This document shows, one piece after another, positions 36,174 through 45,191 of a stretch of DNA of 64,000 nt. The position numbers were made by a program, and so were the translations under genes. This stretch comes from Nitrososphaerales archaeon. GTDB lineage: Archaea; Thermoproteota; Nitrososphaeria; Nitrososphaerales; Gagatemarchaeaceae. How positions within the stretch are numbered: position 1 is the first letter of the stretch; every line of letters starts with the position of its first letter. Where the stretch lies: positions 1,657 through 65,656 of the forward strand of contig DASPVO010000004.1 of the NCBI GenBank assembly GCA_035622335.1, given 5' to 3'. Under the pieces are notes generated by a model. The model searched no databases. It was not told the DNA's origin and saw only the letters and a list, made by a program, of their open reading frames with translations.

Positions 36174-36863
36174 GTGCCTAGATACGATTCGTGGGGGCAG
36201 GTCGCCGGTTACTTCGATGGTGATGGCACTATTGCGTTCTCTGACATCACAAATCAGCCATACAAGATCAGTGTTTCTCTGGTTTTCGTGGACCAATCGG
36301 TTGACCAGATCAACACAGTCAGAGACTTCCTCCAAAGGCAAGGCCTGAGAACGAGTAACGTTCTGAAAACATCAAAAGGAACAGCTGAGATGGTCGCCGT
36401 GAGCGAATTCAAATCGGTTGTAACTGCGCTAAAGGAAATGCTTCCATTTCTTTGCAAGAAAGAGAACGAGGCCAGAGCCACGCTTGAGTACTACGAAGGC
36501 AGAACAACTGGAAATAATCTCGTAGATGTCTTCGCTGCAGAAGTCGAGGCAGGCCGAAGGGAGAGGCGAGTGAGAAAGGTTCACCTGTATGTTCCATACA
36601 CTCGACCCGATGGTGACAGAATCATGAAGTTGATTCGCCATGACAGGATTCGTGACGCCCTTGGCAGATACAGGGCCAAGGTCACCCCCGAAGACTACGA
36701 TTCGATTAGAAGCGGTCACTTCGAGCAAGGTAAGAGGCTGTGCGACCTGGCCAGGGAGTACCCCCAGTACGCCCGTGAGACGATACGCAGGGTGCTCGGC
36801 GGTGGCAGAGGCTACGTGCTCGTGAGGGGCCGAGGAAGGGTCGTAGCGACGAACAGCACATAA
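36174..36863 (+). CDS. free-standing LAGLIDADG-type homing-endonuclease-like protein with C-terminal HTH-like region
   Basis: Single LAGLIDADG motif WGQVAGYFDGDGTIAF near the N-terminus, and LKEMLPFLCKKENEA. The C-terminal segment CDLAREYPQYARETIRRVL is HTH-like. Start GTG 36174 or TTG 36141. Confidence 0.65.
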   Translation: MPRYDSWGQVAGYFDGDGTIAFSDITNQPYKISVSLVFVDQSVDQINTVRDFLQRQGLRTSNVLKTSKGTAEMVAVSEFKSVVTALKEMLPFLCKKENEARATLEYYEGRTTGNNLVDVFAAEVEAGRRERRVRKVHLYVPYTRPDGDRIMKLIRHDRIRDALGRYRAKVTPEDYDSIRSGHFEQGKRLCDLAREYPQYARETIRRVLGGGRGYVLVRGRGRVVATNST

Positions 36864-36892
36864 GGAAGCTCCGGAGCGTACGACGCAGAGTC

Positions 36893-37405
36893 ATGCTCAG
36901 CGTCTTCGTCATAGAACTCTGCCAGGACGACCCCGCGAAGTGCACCGCAAGAAAAATGATTCACATGGACCTCGCCAAGGGGGTCGGGAGAAAGTTCCAT
37001 GCGTCGGACAGCATGATAGTCCTCAACCCTTACGGCCACAGGGTAGTGTCTCCCGACGACGTGGGGGTGAAGGGGATAGTGGTGGTCGACGCGTCCTGGA
37101 ACCTGGCGCAGGAGGTCTTCTTTAAGAAACTCGGCGGAAAGCACAGAAGGCTTCCCATCCTTCTTGCAGGGAATCCCACCAACTACGCGAGGCCCGGGGT
37201 GCTGAGTTCGGTGGAGGCTGTTGCGGCGGCGATGTACGTGCTCGGCGAGGTGGAGGAAGCGGAGAGGTATCTCTCGATCTACAAGTGGGGGCCCACGTTC
37301 TTGAGCCTCAACGCAGAGCCACTCGAGGCGTACAGGACTGCGAGGGACGAATCGAAGGTCCTCGTGCGAGAGAGGGAGTACTTCCCGAAGCTCTTCGCCG
37401 AGTAG
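36893..37405 (+). CDS. tsr3: 16S rRNA aminocarboxypropyltransferase Tsr3
   Basis: CQDDPAKCTARKM...VVVDASWN...LLAGNPTNYARPGVLSSVEAVAAAMYVLGE is the Tsr3/DUF367 pattern. Confidence 0.85.
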   Translation: MLSVFVIELCQDDPAKCTARKMIHMDLAKGVGRKFHASDSMIVLNPYGHRVVSPDDVGVKGIVVVDASWNLAQEVFFKKLGGKHRRLPILLAGNPTNYARPGVLSSVEAVAAAMYVLGEVEEAERYLSIYKWGPTFLSLNAEPLEAYRTARDESKVLVREREYFPKLFAE

Positions 37406-37440
37406 AAAGGGTTAATTCGAGAGCGCTGAGAGGCGAGATA

Positions 37441-37733
37441 GACGCGAGCCGGTGGACGGGCCACGGGGGTCTCCTGGGGAAGTTCCTCCCTCACTGCAGG
37501 ACGCACGGCGCCAAGAGGCGCAGCCGGAGACGGCTGGCTCCAGAACAGAAACGAGACCCGACCCATCATGTGCGATGATGGGGCGACCCAGAGATCGGTG
37601 GAGTCGGGATGAAACGGCTGACCCGTGCGGAGCAAGGCCGAACGTGGTCGATGAAACGCCTGCGAGAGACCAGGGTGGGCCGCTCAGCTGAATCCCGTCT
37701 AGAACAGAAGGAGGACTACGGCCGGGACGCGTC
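37441..37733 (+). ncRNA. rnpB: RNase P RNA (type A-like)
   Basis: CR-I/P4 5' strand GGGGAAGTTCCTCCC (37476-90) pairs with the CR-V/P4 3' strand ACAGAAGGAGGACTA (37704-18), leaving one bulged U. GGGATGAAACGG (37606-17) resembles the conserved GGGUGAAACGG element. P1 is GACGCG (37441-46)/CGCGTC (37728-33). An AT-rich TTAATT lies ~25 nt upstream. Confidence 0.8.
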
Positions 37734-37743
37734 GAAATACGAT

Positions 37744-37774
37744 CCTCGGCGGCGGAGAGATGCCCCCGCCGAGG
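37744..37774. terminator. 9-bp perfect hairpin between the rnpB 3' end and the convergent gene
   Basis: CCTCGGCGG (37744-52) / CCGCCGAGG (37766-74) with a 13-nt loop. Confidence 0.3.
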
Positions 37775-37777
37775 GCC

Positions 37778-38353
37778 TCACAACACCCAAGGGATGATTG
37801 TCTTTGCCTTCTTCTTGTAGTCCTTGTATTCGTCGCCAAACTGTTCGAGCATCAGTCCTTCTTCTTGACGTATCCTGATCCACACGAAGACGACTGAGAT
37901 CACGAGCACAAGAAGGCTGGCGAATGTTCCCAGGACCAAGGCGGACCCGAGCTGCCCCATCAGAATTCCCGTGTAGATTGGATGGCGGACGACCGAGTAT
38001 GGTCCCGTCACGGTCAGAGTATGTTCCTTCTTCAGGGACGGGATGGCGCTCCAGTTCGCTCCGAGATACCTTCTCGCCCAGATTGCGAGGCCTACGCCTG
38101 AAGCAGTGACCAAGAGGCCCAGAGTCTTGACTGTCGCCGATGGCTGGAAAAACAGGAGGCCCAACGGAGGGGTTGACCCGATCGGCGAGAGCACGAAGAG
38201 GAGGAGTATTAGGAACAACGAAAAGCCTCTCGCTCTCCGCTCCGTCGGTTTGGCCTTCCCCGTAGCCCTCTCGTAGAGGACAGCGGCCAACCAGTAGACA
38301 CCCCATACGACCCAGAGCAGAACGAGGATGTCGTAGTAGACGTGAAGAACCAT
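37778..38353 (-). CDS. isoprenylcysteine carboxyl methyltransferase (ICMT/PEMT) family membrane protein
   Basis: VTGPYSVVRHPIYTGILMG...IRQEEGLMLEQFGDEYKDYKKK is the ICMT C-terminal signature. Confidence 0.75.
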   Translation of the reverse strand: MVLHVYYDILVLLWVVWGVYWLAAVLYERATGKAKPTERRARGFSLFLILLLFVLSPIGSTPPLGLLFFQPSATVKTLGLLVTASGVGLAIWARRYLGANWSAIPSLKKEHTLTVTGPYSVVRHPIYTGILMGQLGSALVLGTFASLLVLVISVVFVWIRIRQEEGLMLEQFGDEYKDYKKKAKTIIPWVL

Positions 38354-38389
38354 GCTCGACGTTCGGCACTCCCGGAGTGGCTAAAAAAT

Positions 38390-39151
38390 TCACTGATGGT
38401 AGACTGAGGGGTCTCTAACGCGTGCCTGAGAGAAGGCGAGCTTCCTTCTCTTGCAGTTGGAGCACGTCCCGCAATGGACCGGGAGGAGCCGGCCTCCCAC
38501 TCTCCGGAAGCCCCCGCCAGCATAGCAGCTGTATGTGTACTCCCATGGTACCCCCAGCTTCTCGCCGAGCTTCACCACCATGTCTTTGTCGTGGGCGATG
38601 AGAGGCGCCTTCACGTGATAACCGCCGAAGTGCGTTGACTGCTCCGCAACCCTGTCCATCAGCTTGAGAAACGCTGGAGTGTTGTCCTTCATGGCGACGG
38701 GCGTCTCTCTCCTGATTCCTATGTATACGTCCCAGACTTCCCTCTTGCCCTTAGAGAGGTAGCTGTTCAGGTCGACAGACTCTGCATGGGCGAGCCCGAC
38801 GGTCACGAGCTCCAGGTTCCGGACGACATCCCACCACTTCAATATCCGCTGCTCCGCCTTCTTGGGATCCCACAAGTCTCCTTCCTTGGTCTCTGGGATT
38901 GGGACCTCCTTCTTCGTGAGAAGGCTCGTGCTCAGGTCTCCCAACCAACTGAGGTCGATTAGCTTGACCGGGCAAGCGAGGTCTCTTCCGACGGCTTCGA
39001 TGCAGAACCGTTCGAAGTCGTATGTCCTCTGCTTGTAGTTTGCGAAGACAAGGATCATCCTCGGCGCCCTCAGCCGTTTCTTCACGTAGTAGGCCGTGGT
39101 GACCGAGTCTACTCCGCCAGAGGTCAGCATCACGGCCGGTCGCGCGGTCAC
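38390..39151 (-). CDS. queC: 7-cyano-7-deazaguanine synthase QueC
   Basis: PP-loop MLTSGGVDSV. C-terminal zinc site CYAGG...HCGTCSNCKRR. The GTG start overlaps the queE stop (GTGA). Confidence 0.88.
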   Translation of the reverse strand: MTARPAVMLTSGGVDSVTTAYYVKKRLRAPRMILVFANYKQRTYDFERFCIEAVGRDLACPVKLIDLSWLGDLSTSLLTKKEVPIPETKEGDLWDPKKAEQRILKWWDVVRNLELVTVGLAHAESVDLNSYLSKGKREVWDVYIGIRRETPVAMKDNTPAFLKLMDRVAEQSTHFGGYHVKAPLIAHDKDMVVKLGEKLGVPWEYTYSCYAGGGFRRVGGRLLPVHCGTCSNCKRRKLAFSQARVRDPSVYHQ

Positions 39152-39909
39152 GTCCCCCTCCTGTTCCCGAAGAGCAGTATCTGAAGTCTGGGCGAGAATC
39201 GGTACCCCTTCTCCTCGCACGCTCCCGCGAGCCAGGCTCCTCGGGAGAGGACAGCTTCCGCATCAGTTCCCTCGGGCATCAGAATCACCCTGTCCTGTGG
39301 GAGCTCGAGCTCACCGACCAGTTCTTCGACCTCCTTGATGTCCGCGGGTTCGGAGATGACGAATTTGAACCAGGCCTTTCTCGAGCGAAGTAGAGCCGAA
39401 AGCGAGGCCTCTCGGACTCGTAGCCTCTGCTCGACCTTGCTGTTGGAGGTCTTGGGGGAGACGTTGAAGCAATCGACGAGAGCGGTGAGCCCTGGCTCGG
39501 GGGCCATCGTGCCGTTGGTCTCGACCTCGATGAAAAATCCGTTTTGCTTGAGGTCCGAGAGAATCGGGAGCAGCGCCTCCTGGTGGAGAAGGGGCTCTCC
39601 CCCAGTGACCACAAGGTGCCCGCAATGGAATCCCGAGATCTGCCGCACGACTTCTCTTGCCTCGAGGCTCTTGTAGTCGACTCCTTCCTTCGATTCAGCT
39701 TGGTTCAGCCAAGTGTATTTGGTGTCGCACCAAGTGCACGACAGGTTGCAGAAGTAGGTGCGGAGGAAGACGCTCGGAGTGCCCGCGTGAACGCCCTCAC
39801 CCTGGATGCTGAGGAAAATCTCCGATACCGGCAGCTTTCGATCTGGTGTCTGTATCTTCTTCTCTCCTCCGACTCCGGGGTTTGTATGGCGGAACGGGTG
39901 GAGGCCCAC
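39148..39909 (-). CDS. queE: 7-carboxy-7-deazaguanine synthase QueE (radical SAM)
   Basis: VSEIFLSIQGEGVHAGTPSVFLRTYFCNLSCTWCDTKYTW (CX3CX2C cluster motif). Confidence 0.88.
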   Translation of the reverse strand: MGLHPFRHTNPGVGGEKKIQTPDRKLPVSEIFLSIQGEGVHAGTPSVFLRTYFCNLSCTWCDTKYTWLNQAESKEGVDYKSLEAREVVRQISGFHCGHLVVTGGEPLLHQEALLPILSDLKQNGFFIEVETNGTMAPEPGLTALVDCFNVSPKTSNSKVEQRLRVREASLSALLRSRKAWFKFVISEPADIKEVEELVGELELPQDRVILMPEGTDAEAVLSRGAWLAGACEEKGYRFSPRLQILLFGNRRGT

Positions 39910-39975
39910 TCAACCCGCCACGATGTTTGTGGTCGTGACGAGTTAAAAGCGTTTTCAGGCGCCTTGGTGTCGATC

Positions 39976-40449
39976 TCACATCCATCGTCGTACCCTTCTT
40001 CTGTAGTCCTCGTATGCCTCTCCGAAGGCTCCCGCCAACTGCCTCTCCTCACCGGGAATTTCGACCCAGTTCAGGTAACAGACAACCGCTAGAAGGGGAA
40101 TTATGGACCACAGAGAGAGCGACACGAAGGAGATACCGATGAAGAATAACAGGAGGCCAAGATACATCGGATTGCGGCTGAACCGGTATGGGCCCCAGGT
40201 CACCAGTGTCGTGGAACCCTCCGATGGGACGGTGGTCGTGTGCACACTCCCGAAGATGCGGAGGGCCCACGCGGCCACGCTCCCCCCGAGGGCTAGCAAG
40301 AGAAATCCAACGAGAAGCAAGGTTTCGAACGCGGCGCCCGAGCCGACGCCGATGGGCGATAGGAACTGAAGAGCGACACCGAGCAGGTATGCTATCGCAT
40401 AGATCCATGGAATGGGAATGTGAAGGGGGTTGACGTTAGACTCCGTCAC
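39976..40449 (-). CDS. second ICMT/PEMT-family membrane methyltransferase
   Basis: VTWGPYRFSRNPMYLGLLL...IPGEERQLAGAFGEAYEDYRRRVRRW. Confidence 0.75.
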   Translation of the reverse strand: MTESNVNPLHIPIPWIYAIAYLLGVALQFLSPIGVGSGAAFETLLLVGFLLLALGGSVAAWALRIFGSVHTTTVPSEGSTTLVTWGPYRFSRNPMYLGLLLFFIGISFVSLSLWSIIPLLAVVCYLNWVEIPGEERQLAGAFGEAYEDYRRRVRRWM

Positions 40450-40456
40450 AGGGGAA

Positions 40457-42484
40457 TCACGTCCTCGAGACCCTTGAAAATCCGCTTGTCTTGTCGACGA
40501 GGAAGACGTGGTCCGCCATGGACTCGAGTTCCCTCTCGTGAGAGACCAGTATAACCTGTTTCGAGTTGAGTTCCTCCAGCAGGCTCCTCACCTTGTAGAT
40601 TTGTTCCTTGCTGAACCCGTCGGTGGGCTCGTCGAGTATGACCAGCTCTGACTGGGCTGAGAGGTCTTCTCTGACGACCGAGTTCAGGGCGAAACGGTAT
40701 GCGAGAGCCATGCTCGTCCTTTCACCTCCGCTCAGAGCGTCAAAGTCCTGCTCGAAGCCCTGTCTCTCGAACACCGGGGAGAAGTCCTCCCTGACCCTCA
40801 CGACCATGTCTTGGTCGTCGACTAGCGAAGAGAAGTACCTCTGAAAGTGATGGTTGAAGCGGGCGTTGGCCAGTGAGAGAGTCTTCTCTTCGATCATCCC
40901 GACGGTGGGCACGAAGAAGTCCAACAGCCATCCCCGATGTTCCTCCAGCCTTCTCGCCTCCGACCTCATCTTCTCCTTTCTCTCCACTTCCCCGACGATG
41001 TTGCCGATCTCGGTGTCTAGCATCTTCTTGTCATCCTTTGCGCGAACGAGTGCGCTTCCCGCAGACCTGTTTGTCTCTCGCGCCACGGCCAGTTCCGATT
41101 CGAGGGCTTCGATTCTGTCTGACAGAATCCTGCTCGACTCCAGTTGACTCCTCATCCTTGAGAGCTCCTCCGTTTGTCTCGAGAGCTCTTCTTTTCTCTC
41201 CACCTGGCTGGACTTCAGACCTGTAATCTCCTCCTCCATCGTTTCCCTCTGCTTGAGGCACGATTGATACTCGCGTTTCTCCATCTCATAGTTTCGGGCT
41301 TCGCGGACCTTTAGGGAGAGAGTGACGAGCAGGGGCTCCATCGGGCGTAGCCCCGCCCTCATCGTCACGGACTCAGCCTCCAGATGCTCAGACTTGCTGG
41401 CAAAGTTCTGAGGTATCTTCTGCCCGCAGGTGGGACAGAAACCCAGGCTAGCGAGCTCCTTAGCAGACTTTAGTCGAGACTCGAGGACCGCCAGGTCTTC
41501 CATCAACTTCTGCCTGTGGTTCCTCGTTTCTTCGAGCTCGACTTCGAGGGCTTCGGACCCTCTTTCGGGTCTCGGCAAGCGTTCGAACGACTCGATCTTG
41601 GACGTGATCTCGCGAGCCAGGCGGGTCTGGAGCGCTGACACCTTCTTTTGGTCTGAAGATTGGAGGGATTCCATCTGCTTGATGGCGCGAACTAGGTCTG
41701 GAATCCTTCCGGTCATCGCGCTGATCTGTTCGCGCTTGTCACGAAGGTTCTTCCAGTCAGCCTCCAGCCTCTCGACCGCGAGCGCCGAACTCTGGGCTTC
41801 CTTCTCCAGCGTGGGTATCCTTGCCTGAACCTCTTCGAGCTCCTCTCGCTTCTTCTTCAGGGAAGTCCTCCTTTCGGGCAGGTCGTCGGAGGCCATCCTT
41901 AGACCATAGCCCATCTTGTCTATCCTCCGTGCGACCGTCTCTGAATTGAGGGAAGCCACTTCGTAGATCTGGACGCCCAAGACTCTCCTGATGACTTGGA
42001 GACGCTCTTCCGCCTTCTGCAGGAGAATCTCTTTCATCTGCTCCTGAGGAGTGAACACCGCGTATCTGTAGACCAGGCTCTCCGCCTTCGGATGGGTCGG
42101 CTCGTTGAACTTCAGCACCGCCATCAGCCTCTGCTTGAGGTCGCTGGGCGAGAGCTTCGTGGTATTCCCATCCACCGAAATGTAGCAGCCCGCCTGGAGG
42201 ACTTCCTGACCGTGCCTTGCCAGTGATCTCTTGATCAGGTAGTCTTTCCCTTCGGCGGAGAATTTGACCTCGACGTACCCCTCCTTCTTGCCCTCGCTGA
42301 GCAGGTGACTCCCCTCCATGTTGCTGAAGCCAAAAAGAGCGAATTCCACGGCATAGAGCAGGGTAGACTTTCCCGAGCCGACGTCCCCCTCGAAGAGAAT
42401 CGTCCCCTCGGGCACGTCGACGGCCGTCTCGCCATCATCGCTGTAGCTTCTGATGTTCTTCAGCACGACTCTCCTGATCAGCAT
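40457..42484 (-). CDS. rad50: Rad50 ATPase (short coiled coil, 675 aa)
   Basis: Walker A GDVGSGKST, zinc hook CPTCGQ, signature LSGGERTSMALAYRFAL, Walker B ILDEPT. Confidence 0.9.
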   Translation of the reverse strand: MLIRRVVLKNIRSYSDDGETAVDVPEGTILFEGDVGSGKSTLLYAVEFALFGFSNMEGSHLLSEGKKEGYVEVKFSAEGKDYLIKRSLARHGQEVLQAGCYISVDGNTTKLSPSDLKQRLMAVLKFNEPTHPKAESLVYRYAVFTPQEQMKEILLQKAEERLQVIRRVLGVQIYEVASLNSETVARRIDKMGYGLRMASDDLPERRTSLKKKREELEEVQARIPTLEKEAQSSALAVERLEADWKNLRDKREQISAMTGRIPDLVRAIKQMESLQSSDQKKVSALQTRLAREITSKIESFERLPRPERGSEALEVELEETRNHRQKLMEDLAVLESRLKSAKELASLGFCPTCGQKIPQNFASKSEHLEAESVTMRAGLRPMEPLLVTLSLKVREARNYEMEKREYQSCLKQRETMEEEITGLKSSQVERKEELSRQTEELSRMRSQLESSRILSDRIEALESELAVARETNRSAGSALVRAKDDKKMLDTEIGNIVGEVERKEKMRSEARRLEEHRGWLLDFFVPTVGMIEEKTLSLANARFNHHFQRYFSSLVDDQDMVVRVREDFSPVFERQGFEQDFDALSGGERTSMALAYRFALNSVVREDLSAQSELVILDEPTDGFSKEQIYKVRSLLEELNSKQVILVSHERELESMADHVFLVDKTSGFSRVSRT

Positions 42485-43734
42485 CTCTGGTCCTCCCCCA
42501 GGCCCAGCACATGAATCCCCAGCTCCTCGACCCTCGAGTCGTATTCGCTCTTCTTCTCGTTCTCCGACCGTTCCTCCTTCATCTTTCTCAGAAGTTCAAG
42601 GGAAAGTTCGACGCCCCGCTCTCCGCGCAGTCGTCTGTCTTCAGCCTTCACGTTTGGAATCTCCTTCTCGAACACTTGCTTCTCGGTGTCGCGAGGCTGG
42701 ACGGGAAGCGCGTCCTGGACCGTTAGTTCCTTCGAAGCGAGATGACTGTAGTTGGTCAGGACTACGAGCGGGCCCGAAGAGTAGAGCGTCTTCTTCACCG
42801 ACGAGAAGTCGACGTCGGAAGTCTTCCCGCTCCCCAGTTCGCCGTCCACGGTCAGGAGCACAACTTCGCCCTTCACTTCGGCCTCGCCGGCGAGCGCTAG
42901 TAGGTCCTCGGAGACACGGCCAGAGGACTTGCCGCCCGCGGTGTAGTGCAGCTCGTGGACGCGACAGACCTCAATCGGAACGAATTCGACGTGCTCGACC
43001 TCTTCGGCAAAGTCCACCACGTAGAATCCCCTATTCAGTCCGTGCGCCAGGGGGGCGAGCTCGGAATACTCGGTCGCGAAGAGGGGGCCAGGGAATGCTA
43101 TGTTCTTCCTTCCCGGAAGGGACCTTATCGAGCGGTCGTGTACGTGGCCGCCCGCGTAGTAGTCGAAATTCGCGGGCAGGAGTGAAGCTGGGATCGCATC
43201 GATCATCGACAGGTTCCGGGGCTTTAGCTCCTCGACAGCTCCGTGAAAGACGAAGACCTTGAACCCCGATGTCCTCTCTAGGCTCTCCCTGTCCAGCACC
43301 TTGTAGTCTTCGATGTCGAGCGAGAGCTTTCTGCCCGAGACTCCGCAGAGCGACGCTCCGGACGGGTCCCTGACGAGGTCGAGCCTGACCTTTCCATCCT
43401 GCTCGGTTCGTCTCTCGACCATGGAGAAGAGGCCTGCTCCCTCCAAGACATCCACGATCGATGCATAGTTGGGTGAGAAGTCGTGGCTCCCGTAGACGGC
43501 GTAGAACCTGATCCCTCTTTCCGTGGCCTCCCTTATTTTTCGCGCCGCCCGCCGCACCGATGCGAGGTCGGGGACGTTCGAATCGAAGATGTCTCCTGAT
43601 ATCACCGTGAAGTCGACGCTCTCCGCGATGCAGCGGTCAACTGCAGCCTCGAATGCTCGGGTCACGAGCTCTTTCAGCTCTGGCTGCCGGAACGCCCCGA
43701 TGTGGACGTCTGAGATGTGCGCAAAACGAGGCAT
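42478..43734 (-). CDS. mre11: Mre11 nuclease
   Basis: Phosphoesterase motifs: HISDVHIG, SGDIFDS, YAVYGSHD, GGHVHD. 7-nt overlap with rad50. Confidence 0.9.
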   Translation of the reverse strand: MPRFAHISDVHIGAFRQPELKELVTRAFEAAVDRCIAESVDFTVISGDIFDSNVPDLASVRRAARKIREATERGIRFYAVYGSHDFSPNYASIVDVLEGAGLFSMVERRTEQDGKVRLDLVRDPSGASLCGVSGRKLSLDIEDYKVLDRESLERTSGFKVFVFHGAVEELKPRNLSMIDAIPASLLPANFDYYAGGHVHDRSIRSLPGRKNIAFPGPLFATEYSELAPLAHGLNRGFYVVDFAEEVEHVEFVPIEVCRVHELHYTAGGKSSGRVSEDLLALAGEAEVKGEVVLLTVDGELGSGKTSDVDFSSVKKTLYSSGPLVVLTNYSHLASKELTVQDALPVQPRDTEKQVFEKEIPNVKAEDRRLRGERGVELSLELLRKMKEERSENEKKSEYDSRVEELGIHVLGLGEDQRC

Positions 43735-43817
43735 GAAGCGCGGTTAACGGTGCAGCGTATTTATCGATAGGGCGGTCAGTTTCACTCTGGTCTCCAGGGG
43801 CAGCTTAAGAGCGTCAG

Positions 43818-45155
43818 ATGCGGGACCGTCCATCGTCCATGCAGAGGAAGGTTTCGTGGCTGTCCAATGTGTTACCCGAGAGTGTGACAGGCCTGGACGA
43901 AGGCATCGGTCGTTCGATTGATGTGATCGAGAGCCCCCCGGCGTGGATGTGCCTTCAGTGCAGGGGGGCCAAGCTCTTGTGCGGAAAGCCCCGCTGCCCC
44001 ATCATTGTCAAGGCTCAGGCGATGGCCAAGTCGAGCGGGTACCTTGCCACTCAGGAGGTCCAGGGCGCATCACCTCCCGGCGTCTTCGTCGGACGACTGG
44101 GATACCCGAGAGTGTCAATCGGACCCATGGTTCCACAGCAGTTCGGCGACACCGAGATACTTGACACGCCAGAGCGTTGGCTGGGTCGCCCCATCGAGCA
44201 GATCGTCGACTATCGCTACAGCCTGGTGCGTGGGAACGTCAGGGCCAAGGTAGCCGAAGCCGCGGACCCTGGGAGGCTTCTGAGCTCACTTCAGGAGGTC
44301 GCGATGGCCGCGAGGCCAGTCGACGCGGAGTTGAAGCTGAGCAAGGCCCCGAGGAAAGTCCTGACTCTCAGCGAAGACACTCAACCATACGGTCCATCAG
44401 CGCCGATGGACAGCGTCAAATTTGGCAGTACGTCGGTCGACCGCCGAATCGAAGGATTCTTCTACGACAGAGACCTGAACGCGACTGAAGCCGTCGAGGG
44501 TCTCTATTCGAAGGGGGTGCTCGTGACGAGGATTCAGCGGGCCTTCAGCCTGGGCATGTTCGGACAGGGACCCAGGAGGAGGATTGTGCCCACGAGATGG
44601 AGCATAACCGCGGTCGACAGCACAATCAGCCTAGGACTCGTCGACCGCGTCAAGCGCTTCCCCACGATAGACGAATACAGGGTCTACAGCTACAGCGTCT
44701 ATGACAACCAGTACGTCGCGATTCTGCTGCCAGAGCCCTGGAGGTTCGAGTGGATCGAAGCGTGGTTCCCAAACACGACATGGAACCAGTTCCAGACGAC
44801 CCCCTACATGATAGGCGACTACGAGGAGTACTTCGGAAGGACGAGGTATGCGAAGGTTGGCGGATGTTACTACTCTACACGGTTGGCTGTAGCGGAGGCT
44901 CTGGACAGAGAAAGGCGTCAGGCCGCCGCGATAGTGCTTCGCGAGACCTATCCAGGATACATCATGCCACTCGGCGTCTGGAACGTGAGGGAGAGCATCA
45001 GAGCGCTGATGAAAGAGTCCTATGAGAGGCACGACTCCTTCCGTGGAGCCCTGATCTCCGCGCTGTCGAAGTTCAGGATTCAGAGAGAGAGTTGGGTGAG
45101 GACGAGCGTCCTCATCTCGAGGGAGCTCACACAGACCAAGATCACCAGGTTCTAG
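43818..45155 (+). CDS. nreA: archaeal Nre-family DNA repair protein (NreA-like)
   Basis: N-terminal CLQCRGAKLLCGKPRCP cysteine cluster typical of the Nre family (recollection). The C-terminus QTKITRF is PIP-box-like. Divergent from mre11-rad50. Confidence 0.65.
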   Translation: MRDRPSSMQRKVSWLSNVLPESVTGLDEGIGRSIDVIESPPAWMCLQCRGAKLLCGKPRCPIIVKAQAMAKSSGYLATQEVQGASPPGVFVGRLGYPRVSIGPMVPQQFGDTEILDTPERWLGRPIEQIVDYRYSLVRGNVRAKVAEAADPGRLLSSLQEVAMAARPVDAELKLSKAPRKVLTLSEDTQPYGPSAPMDSVKFGSTSVDRRIEGFFYDRDLNATEAVEGLYSKGVLVTRIQRAFSLGMFGQGPRRRIVPTRWSITAVDSTISLGLVDRVKRFPTIDEYRVYSYSVYDNQYVAILLPEPWRFEWIEAWFPNTTWNQFQTTPYMIGDYEEYFGRTRYAKVGGCYYSTRLAVAEALDRERRQAAAIVLRETYPGYIMPLGVWNVRESIRALMKESYERHDSFRGALISALSKFRIQRESWVRTSVLISRELTQTKITRF

Positions 45156-45191
45156 AGAAGTTAAAGCGGTCGCAGTCACCGGCTGTGCCTA

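Noticed and set aside
37279-37797. Several 60-118-aa ORFs between tsr3 and the ICMT gene
   Set aside because: The region is explained by the RNase P RNA. The ORF products are Arg/Gly/Pro-rich with no motifs.
37716-38393. 225-aa alternative-frame ORF over the ICMT gene
   Set aside because: It overlaps the 191-aa frame that carries the ICMT signature and TM helices, and its composition is implausible.
42453-43262. 269-aa ORF antisense to mre11
   Set aside because: Arg/Pro/Ser-rich low-complexity translation, antisense to a gene with clear phosphoesterase motifs.
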